Shown one piece after another: positions 50,901 to 62,873 of a DNA stretch of 64,000 bases. The notes under the pieces were generated by a model that ran no database searches, was not told the DNA's origin, and worked only from the letters and a program-made list of their open reading frames with translations. Position numbers and translations under genes: made by a program. Source of the stretch: Octopus vulgaris (Eukaryota); NCBI GenBank assembly GCA_951406725.2, contig OX597818.1, forward strand, positions 26,288,001 through 26,352,000. The letters are read 5' to 3'. The stretch's first letter is position 1. Each line of letters starts with the position of its first letter.

Positions 50901-53900
50901 TGGTCACCTAGGTAACCGAAGCTATCAACTACTTTTAGTTTTTCTGCTTGGCATGTGATGGAATCTGTTTTCTGTATATCTTCAGTGTTTATTGCCTCTG
51001 TGCACACAAACACTATCTTCCCAGTTAGCCTTCCTTTGATATTACTGTACCTCTTATGTGTCCATAGCTTACACCAGGTACATATTTTGGAGTTTCTACC
51101 TATGCCTTTTCTACAGATCAAGCAGGGCCATTTACCTGAAGAGATTTGCGATTTGTTTGCCTTCCTACTTACTAAAACTTTTTGCTAAGTTGAACCAAAG
51201 GCCCTTCAATTCTAGACCTTGCTTCCACACATGGAACTTCTTCTAGTTCCAATAGTAACTCCGCTATTAGAGCAAGATCATCAGCATAGAGGAACTCCCA
51301 GGGGCAGCCTGTTTGAATTCCTCTGTTATTGCCTTGAGGACTATGATGAAAAAGAGGGGGCTGAGAACTGATTCTTGGTGAACCCCCACTTCTGCCCATA
51401 ATTCTTCACTAGTTGCCAACCCTCACCTTAGTGACAGCATCTCTGTACATGGCTTGAACAGCTCTCACCAAACATTCAGCTATCCCTAGTTTTTGCATTG
51501 ACCACCAAATAAGGGATCGGGGGACCCTGTCAAAGACTTTCTCCATGTCAACAAAAGGCAAGTACAGAGGTTTATCTTTGGCTGTCTCCTGCAGCTGTCT
51601 TGCCAGAAATATAGCATCAGCGGTGCTTCTCCCTGGCACAAACCCAAACTACATCCCATCTAAACTAACTCTCTCCCTAATTAGTTGAGCTGTGACCCTC
51701 TCCATGACTTTCATCACCTGATCGAACAGTTTGATTCCTCTACTTATGCCTGTCTAGTGCATCACCTTTACATTTGTAGCAGTTGACTATGGTGCTGTTA
51801 CACCAGTATTGGTGTATTACCTGGTTTACAATACAGGTGACTAGGCTATAGCCTGCACTGCCAGATATTTTAAGCATCTCAGCAGTGATTCCTGATAGGC
51901 TGGGGGCTTTCCCTGTCTTCATATCCTTAATTGCAACCCATGCTAGCATGGAGAACGGACGTTAAACGACGATGATGTACTGTCAATTCGAATAGGTAGT
52001 CCCTCTGTTGAGTCAATATGTGACAAGCTCTCCTCCCATTCATTCTCTTCATTTAGCAACCGTTCATAGTTGTGTTTCCAAGTCTCTCTTTTTGCAGCAT
52101 CATTAAAGGCAAGTGAGTCATCATACATGTGGACACATTTCTCTTCTATGACATCATCATTTGCCTTTATACACTGTCTTGCAATTCGAAATACTTCAAG
52201 TCTCTGGTCCTCATGACTCAGAACATTGGCAAATTTGTTCTTATTTGCTTCTCCTCTGGCTAAGTAAACCTGTCTCCTAGCTTCCCTTCTGGGAATCTGA
52301 TACAGTTCCCTGCTACCACCACTTTTCCAGTCCTTCCAAGCCTGTTTCTTTTCCATAATGGCCCTGTCAACTACATTGTTCCACCACCATGTTATCTTCT
52401 AGTCTTGCTGAAGACTAGCCTGCTTCTCTAGTGTTGGTGCAGTAATAAAATGCACCCAAAGCATCCTGTGATGTAATTTAATGGAAATTAGGTTGCTATT
52501 TCTAGCAAGTTGAGCCACCATATAGAGGCTGGTCTGTTGGCTCATCTGAGACAAAATTTTTGTGGTAGGAGGTATTTCTTATAGAATGCAAAAGAAACAT
52601 AAATTAATAGTGATAGAATTTAATAATACAATATCTTTGTTATCTTAGTTTTGGTATAAAACATCTTTCCATTGTATTGTGGGTCCAGTTAGTCTGATTG
52701 AACCACTTTCTAAGTTTTCCTGTGTCTGAAGCTTTTGTTCTAGACAAATAACTATTCTTAAGTCAGCTATCAATCATGTACATCTTACTGATGTAACTGT
52801 CTCTTGTTAATATCAGCCAATGTACTTTTGATGCCCATTTACTTTTTCTCATATTTGTCAGATTCCACAGCAGTTGCTGAAATTCCTTTTTGTTGCTTGC
52901 TTTATACTTGTTATAGCATAAAATTAGTTTACATGACATGAAAGAGTTAAATAATATCAAGCTTTAAAATATCTTAATTTTCATTTAATTTCATTCAATT
53001 TTTTCTTCTAATAAGAATCCTGCTGAGGAAAAATGTGTGTACAGACAACTACAAAATGATGATGTTATCTTGAAAGAGCATTCAACATATTGGAAAGAAG
53101 GTTGGCGTTCTTATCTGTGTTCATGTTCAAAATGCCTGGTATGTAATTTATAAAGTATTATATTTAAAGCAATATCATTCATTATGTAGAGTGAATATTA
53201 TTTCATGAAAGATGGGGCTATATAGCCCCTCTCTCAATAACTATTGCAAGTGACTAAAACATTAGTGTTAGAACACGTACATTTTTGAATAAATTTTTTA
53301 TCAGATGTTCCACTTGAATATTGGTGTGAACTTAGAAGTGTGGGGCACTTTTCTTACTTTTAGTTACCTGTTGCTGTTGAATACTTATCCTCTACAAACA
53401 AGGCTGGGTTCTGCTAAAATAAGCTAAAAATCATTAACCATTTAATCTAAATTTTCTATCACTGTGAAAAGATTAATTGTTAAATTTTTACTGAAGAAAT
53501 ATATTTACTTTATTTAAACAGATTTTCTTGCAAAAAGAAATGAAAGAATGGTTACCTTTCTCTTCATGACATAACAGTTAGTATGTTAGTGATGGGACAT
53601 ACAGAAATACACAAATGTAACCATATATACATTGATAGGTGATTATCTAATGAAGGTGCATGGCTCAGGGTTAGTGAGTTCAATTCCCAGACTGGGCTGT
53701 GTGTTGTGTTCTTGAGCAGGACACTTTATTTCACATTGCTCCAGTTGACTCAGCAGTAGAAATGAGTTGTGATGTCATTAGTGCCGAGTTGTGTTGGCCT
53801 TTGTCTTTCCCTTGGATAACATTGGTGATGTGGAGAGGGGAGGCTAGTATGGATGGGCAACTGCCGGTCTTCCATAAACAACATTGCCTAGACTTGTGTC

Positions 53901-56900
53901 TCACCGGGTAATTTTCTAGGTGCAATCCCATTGTCATTCATGACTGAAGAGGGTCTTTGCTCTGATTATCTAATAGAAGCATGTATATGAATAACTAAAG
54001 TTTTCATAGTACCAGCTGACAGATGTTTTTTTTTTTACTGTTAATATTTATCAAGTTATGTCATTGTTTCTTCCTTTTATTTTAACTATCAGGAGATGTA
54101 TAAGAGCCACAAGGTCGCTTTCCTGTTAGATGAGAAGGATCCTATTAGTGTTTATGAAGAACAAGGGCAACAGGTTAACTCTAATGCTCCAACTGGAATG
54201 GATGCCCTCTCCAAAATGAACAGAGTCCAACAGATGGAAGTGATCCATGGTAAGAATTTAATGATGATTAATGAAGAATGTTTATGATTCAGTTTCAATT
54301 TAGAATCTGTATTTATTTGTGTGATAACTAAATGTAGGATGTGTTATTTTTATTTCATCAGTATGGATTGTTGACCTTAATAATCTATCACTAGATTCAA
54401 CTTATAGCTCAACATTTGAGTGGTTTGTGATAAGAGAAGTATGCATTTGTGAACGCTATTTGCCCAAGAAATATGTAGCAGTATAGGAATTTGATATACA
54501 ATAAAAATTTAAATTGTCAGAAGTAGAAGTTTTTTTTTAGACAATACAGTTTTTTGAATTTTGATTCAATTTCTAGCAATTAAGGGTATGAAAACAGGGA
54601 ATGCCCCTGGCCCATCAGGAATTACTGCGGAGATGCTTAAAATACCTGGCGATGTCGGCTATAGTCTAGTTACCTATATAGTCAATCAGGTGATACATGA
54701 TGGAGTCATACCCAATGACTGGTGTAGCAGCACCATAGTCAACTGCTACAAAGGTAAAGGTGATGCATTAGATACGAATAATTACAGAGGTATCAGGCTT
54801 TTGGATCAGGTAATGAAAGTCACGGAGTGGGTCATAGCCCAATTAATTAGGGAGAGAGTCAATTTAGAAGAGATGCAGTTTGGGTTTGTGCCAGAGAAAG
54901 GCGCTACTGATGCTATGTTTCTGGTAAGACAGCTGCAGGAAAAGTACCTAACCTGAGATAAACCTCTGTGCCTGGATTTTGTTGACACGGAGAAAGCCTT
55001 TGACAGGGTCCCCCAACCCTTATCTGGTGGTCAATGCGGAAACTAGAGATAGATGTGTCGTAAGTGAGAGCTGTACAAGCCTTGTACAGGGATGCTGTAA
55101 GTAAGGTGAGGGTTGACAATGAGTATAGTGAAGAATTCCGGGTAGGGGTCCAACAAGGATCAGTCCTCAGCCTCCTCTTTTTCATCATAGTCTTCCAGGC
55201 AATAACAGAGGAATTCAAGACAAGCTGCCCCTGGAAGCTTCTCTATCCTGATGACCTTGCTCTAATAGCTGAGTCACTATCAGAACTAGAGGAGAAGTTT
55301 CAGGTGTGGAAGCAAGGTCTAAAATTGAAGGACCTCAGAGTCAATTTAGCAAAAACCAAAGTCTTAATAACTAGGAAGGCAGACAAATCACAAATCTCTT
55401 CAGGTAGATGGCCCTGCTTGATCTGTAGAAAAGGTGTAGGTAGAAACTCAATAAGATGTACCCAGTGTAAGCTATGGACACATAAGAGGTGCAGCAATAT
55501 CAAAGGAAGGTTAACTGGGAAGATAGTTTTTGTGTGTGGCAAATGCTCAGGGGCAATAAACACTGAAAATACATAGAAAACAGCTTCCATCACACGCCAG
55601 GGGGAAAAACTAGTAGTTGATAGCTTCCATTACCTAGGTGACCAAGTCAGTAGCGGGGGAGGGTGCGCTGAAAGTGTAGCTGCTAGAATAAGAAAAGCCT
55701 GGGCAAAGTTCAGAGAGCTCCTACCTCTGCTGGTAACAAAGGGTTTCTTGCACAGAATGAAAGGTAGATTGTATGACGCATGTGTGTGAACAGCCATGCT
55801 ACATGGCGGTGAAACATGAGCTGTGACTGCTGAGGACATGCGTAAGCTTGCAAGGAATGAAGCTAGTATGCTCCACTGGATATGTAATGTCAGTGTGCAT
55901 ACACAGTGTAAGTGCTCTGAGAGAAAAGTTGGACATAAGAAGTATCAGATGTGTTGTGCATGAGAGACGACTGTGCTGGTATGGTCATGTGTTACATATG
56001 GATGAGGACAGCTGTGTGTGGCAGAGGTAGACCCAGGAAGACCTCGGATGAGGTGGTGAAGCACGACCTTAAAATGTTGGGCTTCACCAAGGTGATGACA
56101 AGTGACCAAGACCTTTAGAGATATGCTGTGCTTGAGAAGACCCAGCAAGCTAAGTAAGACCATAACCATGGCCTATGCTAGTGCAGCATAACCGGCCTAT
56201 TGAAGAGTATCCTTCAATCATTGGACAATAAACTGCACTTGCAAAGACCTGTTGAGTCAAGTGAAGTCATTGTTGTGGCTGATTGACACCCATGCCAGTG
56301 GCACGTAAAAAGCACCATTCAAGTGTGGTCAATGCCAATGTCGCCTGACTTGCTCCCGTGCTGGTGGCATGTAAAAAGCACCCACTACACTCTTGGAGTG
56401 GTTGGCATTAAGAAGGGCATCCAGCTGTAGAAACTATGCCAGATCAGATTGGAACCTGGTGCAGCCTTCTGGCTTGCCAGTCCTCTGTCAAACCATCCAA
56501 CTCATGCCAGCATGGAAAGCAGATGTTAAATGACGATGATGAGGATAATGATGATGATGAGGATAATGATGATGATGATTGATATATATATATATATATA
56601 TATATATAGCTAGTTAGCATTTCCTCCATCTTTACATTCTGAGTTCAAATTCCAATGATGTCAACTTCACCTTTCATCCTTTCAAGATTAATAAAATAAG
56701 TGGGGGTCAATGTAAGCGACTTATCCCCTCCCCCACATTAGCTGGCTTTATGCCAAAATGTTAGACCAATATATATATAACTACAACTGAAGAGTAATTG
56801 TATATTTAGATTTTTTAAGTGAAGTACTTTTGTGCTGATACACAAAGCCCATATCATAGCTAATAAAATTGAGGACTTAAGCACCCGCTACATTCTTGTA

Positions 56901-59809
56901 GTGGTTGGTGTTAGGAAGGGTATCCAGTTGTAGAAACCATGTCAAATCAGATTGGAACCTGGTGCAGCTTACCAGTTTCAGTCAAACCATCTAACCCATG
57001 CCAGCATGAAAAATAGACGTTAAATGATGATGGTGATAATTCCTTTGTTAACTGATCAGTGTCATTGCTGTATATTTGCACACAAATTATTGGTTTTTAA
57101 AAGATGTGAACATTCATTCAACATTATAATTCTCTAACATTCATTGTCAAATATCAAATTTCTTAATATCAAATTGGTTGCAAATAATGAATTCGTTTGG
57201 AAGTGATCTGTGAAGATGTCATAATGAAGTAATGTCTTATTGTCGTTGTTGAAACTGTTTTGTTGTTGCACTTGGTTTATTAAATACTCTTGTTGTATAT
57301 AAGGTTGCTTACTTAAAATTGAAATCATTTTAGACAGTATCATCATTGTCATTTAACAGCCATTGTCCATCCATGCTGGCATGGGTTGGATGGTTTGACC
57401 AGAGCTGGTAAGCTGGAGAGCTGCACCAGTCACCAGTCTGATATATGCATGTAAATAGAATAAAATCAAATCAAAACTAGTCAAAATGCACTTATATAGT
57501 AACTGAATGGACTGAAACTTTAAGATAACACTGCTTTTTATGTTACAATATTAGAAGTTATCTTAAGGTGGTGAGCTGGCAGAAACGTTAGCACACTGGA
57601 GAAATGCTTAGTAGTATTTTGCCTGTCTTTACGTTTTGAGTTCAAATTCTGCCAAGGTCGGCTTTGCCTTTCATCCTTTTGGGATCAATAAATTAAGTAC
57701 CAGTTGCATACCCCTCCCCAAAAATTTTGAGCCCTGTGCCTAGAGCAGAAAAGAATATTAAAAGTTATCTTGTTTTAAAAATTGTTATGTTCAGTAAACT
57801 TGTGATCTTATTGCTTGGATGTTTCTAAATTCACTATGTTCACTATTCAAGCCACCTACACTGTACATTTTATCTGTTATAATCATCTATGAATATTTGT
57901 TTTATGTGAAACATCATCAACTACTTGCCCACTTGATTTATTACTTATTTTCTCTTTTAACTAAGAGAAGTGTTGTTCTGCTTAAAAGCAAGAAATCTAG
58001 AATCTAATTCTGCTGAGCTAAGACTTTGTACAGGAATGTAATGATTTCACAAGTAAAACCAATTTTAATTTGCTGTGAGTTAAGTTCACAGCTTGGTTTA
58101 CAACATTCACTGCAACAATCTATTGCAGTGAATGATTGCAGGTGTAACCACTTTATACAATAGTCATTGGTGATGGATTGGAAGAATCATTAGAGGGTTG
58201 GAAAAAACTGCTTTACAGTGCTATTTGCATTCTGAGTTCAAATCCTACCAGGCTCAACGTTACCTTTCATTCTTCCATTCTTCTTAGGTTTGATAAAATA
58301 AAGAATCAATCATGTATTGGGGTTGTATTATTGACTAAGCCCTATCCTTAATTTCAGGCCTTGTACCTATGTTAGAAACAGTTATTTATAAAAGTTCACA
58401 GTTAATTAGTTTGACTTAATGTTTCATTTCTCTCTTAGCTAATATACTTGTATATTAACAAAGATACCTGACTGTATTATCATGCATCCAGCACTAGCAC
58501 CCAGGTAGTCAGCACTCTAAGCCAATCTTATAGCATGTGCCTTATCCTCTCAGTCTCCTTCACCTTTTCCCAGTCCTACAATGTGTACTTATCTAATTTT
58601 TTTACAGCTAACTCCAGCCATTATTCTCTTTTACAACAGTTGTAAAATTCATTTTTAAAAAATTGATAATTAAATTGCAAACCAGAAATCTAGTTTTATG
58701 AGCTTGTGTATCACCAAGTAACTGTTATTTGGCAATGTTTGAACTATTTCACATTAAACCATGTCCTTCCTAATTACCCCACCAACCCACCCTTATCCTC
58801 TATCTTCCTATATTCAGGAGTTCTCACTTTGCTCTCCTTATAACTAGGTTTTTCATGTTTTAAGTTGGATTAAGAAATGTCTAAGTTGTTCTGAGGTTGT
58901 GTGGTGCCCTAAGCAGTGCTTCATACATTCATAAAAAGGAATGAAGATCCTTAAGAATATTTTAAAAATGCATTTACTAAATTACAATGTTATTCATCTT
59001 TGCCATTGTAAACAGATGTTGGGCAAAATGTTTTAAGGTATTTAGTTATGAATCTTTACACTTTTAGTTCAAATCTTGCTTAGGTTAACTTTGTCTTTTG
59101 TTGTCTTGTTGGACAAGATATGTGTGTGTACGCGTGTGGGGGGGAAATAAAGTACCAACCTACAACTGTATTACTTTGTTTATATTAACTACCTATTACA
59201 TGTCTTTGTTTATAATGGAACCTTAAAATAATGCTTTATTTGTAAAAAGAAGGTTTTTTTTTTTTATTCAAGGATATAATGACTTAAAATCTGAGCTGAC
59301 AGACTACCTAAAGAAATTTGCCGATTCCAAGAAGGTAAGATTAGATACTTGTTAGAACTTATAAATTTCATTGCTCATTATTTATACATAAATATTTTAG
59401 GACCTGATCAAATCTATTATTTGGATGTACATAATTTTAAACTTTTTTTTTTAACATTATTTACAATAAATATCTTATGAGCTACAAAATTAACTGAATT
59501 GCCACTAAAGATTAAAGGGAGATGTGATTTTGTAGTCAAGAGATAAGGTTTAATAGCTGAGTTAGTGTTAACTTATTGAATGTAGGGAACATAAAAAGCT
59601 AATGAGAAATAATTGCAGTCAGGAAGTAAACTATCATCATTTGTCACTACTCTCCCTAACTTCACTTGTTTTCACTTGTAAACATAGACTTTTTAAATAT
59701 TTTTATTTTTTAGGTTGTAAGAGAAGAAGATATCAGAGAATTCTTCACAGGTTTAGAAGCTAGAAAACGCCAGAGGACCAATACTATCCCTTCCCATTTC
59801 TGCAAATAA
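38754..59809 (+). CDS. UBR7: Putative E3 ubiquitin ligase UBR7 (UBR-box + atypical PHD finger), 11 exons, 1227 nt, 408 aa
   Basis: All 11 exons join in frame with GT-AG introns. Diagnostic motifs: AVLGGSD..C.Y.QGY..RQALYAC.TC, AGICLACSYECH..HELFELYTKRNF.CDCGN, YC.CKRPYPDPED, EM.QCVICEDWYH, CMKKCPFLWAY, NRVQQME, YNDLKSEL..YLKKFA, VVREEDIREFF. Confidence 0.97.
40360..40493 (+). CDS. UBR7: UBR7 exon 2 (UBR box)
   Basis: TTTTCAG|GYLSRQALYACSTCTPDPAQPAGICLACSYECHEGHELFELYTK(R)|GTATGT. Confidence 0.97.
41537..41594 (+). CDS. UBR7: UBR7 exon 3
   Basis: TTCCAG|(R)NFKCDCGNKKFPNRCKLFS|GTAAGT. Confidence 0.96.
42546..42641 (+). CDS. UBR7: UBR7 exon 4 (PHD start)
   Basis: TATAG|EKSDYNELNQYSQNFVGKYCTCKRPYPDPEDD|GTAAGT. 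Confidence 0.96.
43272..44447. mobile_element. Non-autonomous piggyBac element in UBR7 intron 4
   Basis: TTAA|CCCTTTCGTTAC...GTAACGAAAGGG|TTAA (perfect 12-bp TIRs); three ~35-bp subterminal tandem units and a ~100-bp internal direct repeat. Confidence 0.93.
44819..44872 (+). CDS. UBR7: UBR7 exon 5
   Basis: CTTCAG|IDDEMFQCVICEDWYHQR|GTAAGT. Confidence 0.96.
46558..46663 (+). CDS. UBR7: UBR7 exon 6
   Basis: TTCTAG|HLNADFPEHDDSVEVVCSSCMKKCPFLWAYQAANT|GTGAGT. Confidence 0.95.
47702..47892 (+). CDS. UBR7: UBR7 exon 7 (variable charged linker)
   Basis: CTTGTAG|(A)VKIEKCNENVDVDVES...DKDNNL|GTGAGT; phases match exons 6 and 8. Confidence 0.88.
50152..52395 (-). mobile_element. RTE LINE (RT with PHD insert, 3'UTR), decayed, in UBR7 intron 7
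   Basis: AIKDMKTGKAP..SGITAEMLK, PGRSTADAIFLARQLQE, FVDMEKVFDRVPR, FLYADDLALIAE, VVDSFGYLGDQV; a ~40-bp plus-strand RTE tail is inserted at 51936-51977. Confidence 0.93.
53016..53138 (+). CDS. UBR7: UBR7 exon 8
   Basis: TTCTTCTAATAAG|NPAEEKCVYRQLQ...YWKEGWRSYLCSCSKCL|GTATGT. Confidence 0.92.
54093..54249 (+). CDS. UBR7: UBR7 exon 9
   Basis: TATCAG|EMYKSHKVAFLLDEKDPISVYEE...MDALSKMNRVQQMEVIH|GTAAGA. Confidence 0.95.
54576..56580 (+). mobile_element. RTE LINE (RT with PHD insert, 3'UTR, (GAT)n tail), decayed, in UBR7 intron 9
   Basis: MKTGNAPGPSGITAEMLK...NNYRGIRLL...QFGFVP...GVQQGSVLS...LLYPDDLALIAE...NLAKTKVL; ORF end RYAVLEKT, then 3'UTR. Confidence 0.95.
57565..57760 (+). mobile_element. 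tRNA-headed SINE family 3 (also about 56590-56770, 58170-58380, 59015-59110)
   Basis: AAGGTGGTGAGCTGGCAGAAACGTTAG...GAGTTCAAATTC...GGTCGGCTTTGCCTTTCATCC...AAGTACCAG. Confidence 0.75.
59273..59334 (+). CDS. UBR7: UBR7 exon 10
   Basis: TTATTCAAG|(G)YNDLKSELTDYLKKFADSKK|GTAAGA. Confidence 0.95.
59714..59809 (+). CDS. UBR7: UBR7 exon 11 (terminal)
   Basis: TTTTTAG|VVREEDIREFFTGLEARKRQRTNTIPSHFCK*. Confidence 0.95.
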   Translation, partial: VVREEDIREFFTGLEARKRQRTNTIPSHFCK

Positions 59810-60084
59810 ATTTCTAGCACCCATTCTCAGGTCCAGGATACCAACATCTTGTAATATCACATAAATTTTTGAAATAATCAGTCATTTCTTCCAAAACTTA
59901 ATTGTTTTTCTTATCTTGTACTTTTTTCCTTTTATTACATCTGTTTATTTTTATTTTCCCATTTCAACTATCATACGAAATTGTTACAAAAATAATTACC
60001 TTCTTCATTGCAAGTTTTTAAAAGAGGTTATTTCATTTTAATTTTTTTGTTTCTTGTTCTTTTCCATTCATGAAGTTAAATGAA

Positions 60085-60090
60085 AATAAA
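60085..60090 (+). terminator. Candidate UBR7 polyadenylation signal AATAAA (second candidate at 60181-60186)
   Basis: AATAAA about 275 nt after the stop in a U-rich 3'UTR. Confidence 0.5.
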
Positions 60091-61326
60091 AACCAAAATT
60101 GGTATTTCATCTTCGATTTCAAAGTTGTCTGTACAGTGTGAAGAGATTAATTTTGATGATATTGAGTTCATACAAAAGGAAATAAAAATGCAGTCTAAAA
60201 CCTGTATATATCTTCACAAAATGTCTAACATTAATAGATAGCTCTGACTTTTCACCAGAGATATATTTCTGTAAGAGTTCTTTTAAAATCTAATAATGTT
60301 ATTTTGGTTTTGTATGTGTGTGTAAAATATCAACAGTACACACTAGTGTAGCTGGGGGTGGTGGGAGGGGCGGCACTTTTCATCCTGTTGTAGGCTATTG
60401 CTGTAGACAATATGTTTTTTGTAGGGGTCCAGGGGCGGCAAATGGAAGGGCTGCTCTGGGTGGCACACACACTAGCTACACTAGTAACAGTACATTCTTT
60501 TCTTTTACTCTGTTACTAGTTTCAGTCAAGGGACTGTTGTCATACTGGGGCAACACCTTCAAGGATCTTAGTAATAGTGGTCCAATTACCTGTATGCCAA
60601 TCTGGATATATTTTATTGATTGGTTAAGTTACCATTTTAACACATGCATGCAAACATACATCATTGTCATCATTAGTTTTATGTCTGCTTTAAACACACT
60701 GGCATTCGTTCATCAAGCTTATTGAGACAATGCTTTACAGGCAGAGGCCTTTACTCACCTGCTTTTTCTTATATCTGAAGTATGGTATTTGTATCCTATT
60801 GTCACCCAAACAGTGTCAAGGCAAAAACCTAAATCTGTGAAAGTATACACTTTTACACACACCAGTACATTTCACATTTGTTTTTCCTTGCTAGTATGGG
60901 TTGGATGTGATCTTAGGTATAGGATTTTCATATCTCTTTCTGTTGCCAACCCTTCTTTTGCAAGTAAGGTATTTTTCATTCTACAGGTCTTCAAAAAAGG
61001 GTAGTGCAATTATCACAAGAAATGTAAACAAACATCATAACACCACTGATGGTAAGTGAAGCTGTAGAATGTCAGTATTCATATACATATATATATATAT
61101 ACATACACAAACAGTTACATACAAAGGGTTTATTATAGTTTCATCATCATCACCATCATTTTAACAATCACTTAACTTTATTTGTATTGGCCAGAGAAAT
61201 CATTAAAGCAGATTTTCTGTGGTTGCCAGCCCTCACCTGTTTTCAAGCAAAGTAATATCTCCTCATAGTTGTAATAGTGGAAACAAATGATGCTACCCAT
61301 AGGACAGTGATGTTTGTTTACAATTA

Positions 61327-61526
61327 TGAGGGGGTGCTGAAAAGTTCCTAGCTGTAAGGGTATCATGAAAGAACTGGTTGGAGTTCTTTTATAGGGCTTA
61401 GAAAAACTGACAGACTGCAGCAACAAGTGTGTATCTGAGAGGGGAATATGTTGAATAAAATCATAATTAACTGATCCTCCTGTATGTTCTTTTACTCAAA
61501 ACCTGGAACTTTTCAGCACCCCCTTG
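61327..61526. mobile_element. Tc1/mariner-type MITE
   Basis: TA|TGAGGGGGTGCTGAAAAGTTCC...GGAACTTTTCAGCACCCCCTTG|TA; ~22-bp TIRs with TA target duplication. Confidence 0.9.
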
Positions 61527-62873
61527 TACTGCATGTTGTCAAGACAAGGAGGGACACATAGACATATGTAATGGGCCATTTTTGGTGTCCCTCTACCAAA
61601 TTCATTCACAAGGCATCAGTTGGGCCAGAGCTACAGAAGACACTTGCCCAATAAGACTGAATCCAAAACTATATGGTTGTGAAGTGACTTGATCACACAA
61701 CAGGCTTTGGTACAGTTTCTTTTTACAGAGTTTCTCTCACAAGGCTGAGGATGTATGTCAAAAAAAAGAGAAGAATCATCACTATCTTCAATCAAGTAAT
61801 TCTTTCACTGTCAACTTTAGCTACAACGCCATGTCAACTACCTTTTATGTCACTGATGACCAAAGATTCAATTACTAACAGGCTTCAACCACTAACTTAC
61901 GGATGTGCTGTTTTTTTTTTTCTTCCGTCACACTCACTATAACAGCTTTTGTTCCTATAAACTAGCTTCCTGCATACTCTCTCCATTTAGACCCACTTAT
62001 CTTTCCTTCTTTTATTTATTATGTTCCAGACCCTCTACTAAAATCTCTACCCAACTTTCCTTCCTGTACTAGTGGCCTTCTGGAAATTCTTTCCCCTCCT
62101 ACATTTTTTTTCTAAATACACACCCAACAAATGTTTACATTAGTAAAATTGATATTCAGTCAGGGAGCACTTGCAGAAGACTTGGTCACCATCCTCTCTC
62201 CTCTGATTATCATATTGAAATAACATAATACTTTAATTATATTTGTTAAAACTTCTAAAATTCAATACAATGCAAATTAGATATAAAAGAGTGAAAAGAA
62301 AGAAGCAAAACAACAGCTTACACCTTATACTTTGATTTTTTTTTGTGGTTAAAATTACACCCCCATTATTGATACAGGGATTTTAAACCCACAAATATGG
62401 GGATGTGTAAATTGTTCTTTTGACGTCTATATTCCAATGTTTCATTCAAACTACACTAATTGGTTAACAACAATCAAGTAGCAGACTATTGACTATATGA
62501 TGTTGATCCAGCCAACTTCATGATAGTGGGGAAACTATGTATTTGCCTCATTCTTCCATCACCAATGACTCAGTATGCTGCACTAAACATGTTGGTGTAT
62601 ATAAAATTATTACACAAACATTTAACTTTCAACAACTAAATTAAGAAACAGTATGATCTTCAACAAACAAATAGTTAACACTATGGAATTGATATTCCAT
62701 TGGTATATAAGCACAGACACATTGAGAAATGAATCAAGAGTTGGTTTAATCAAATTTGAGGAAAAAGATTAAAATATTACTGATTCAGTTTACCCAATTC
62801 TTTACTGATATCCCTCAAATGAATCTGCATAAGCCATTCCTAGTTTAAAATCAAATTTTATTTACCTTTTTTT

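Noticed and set aside
60318-60725. 135-aa ORF downstream of UBR7
   Set aside because: Spans a small MITE-like piece and a SINE tail, non-ATG start, no domain.
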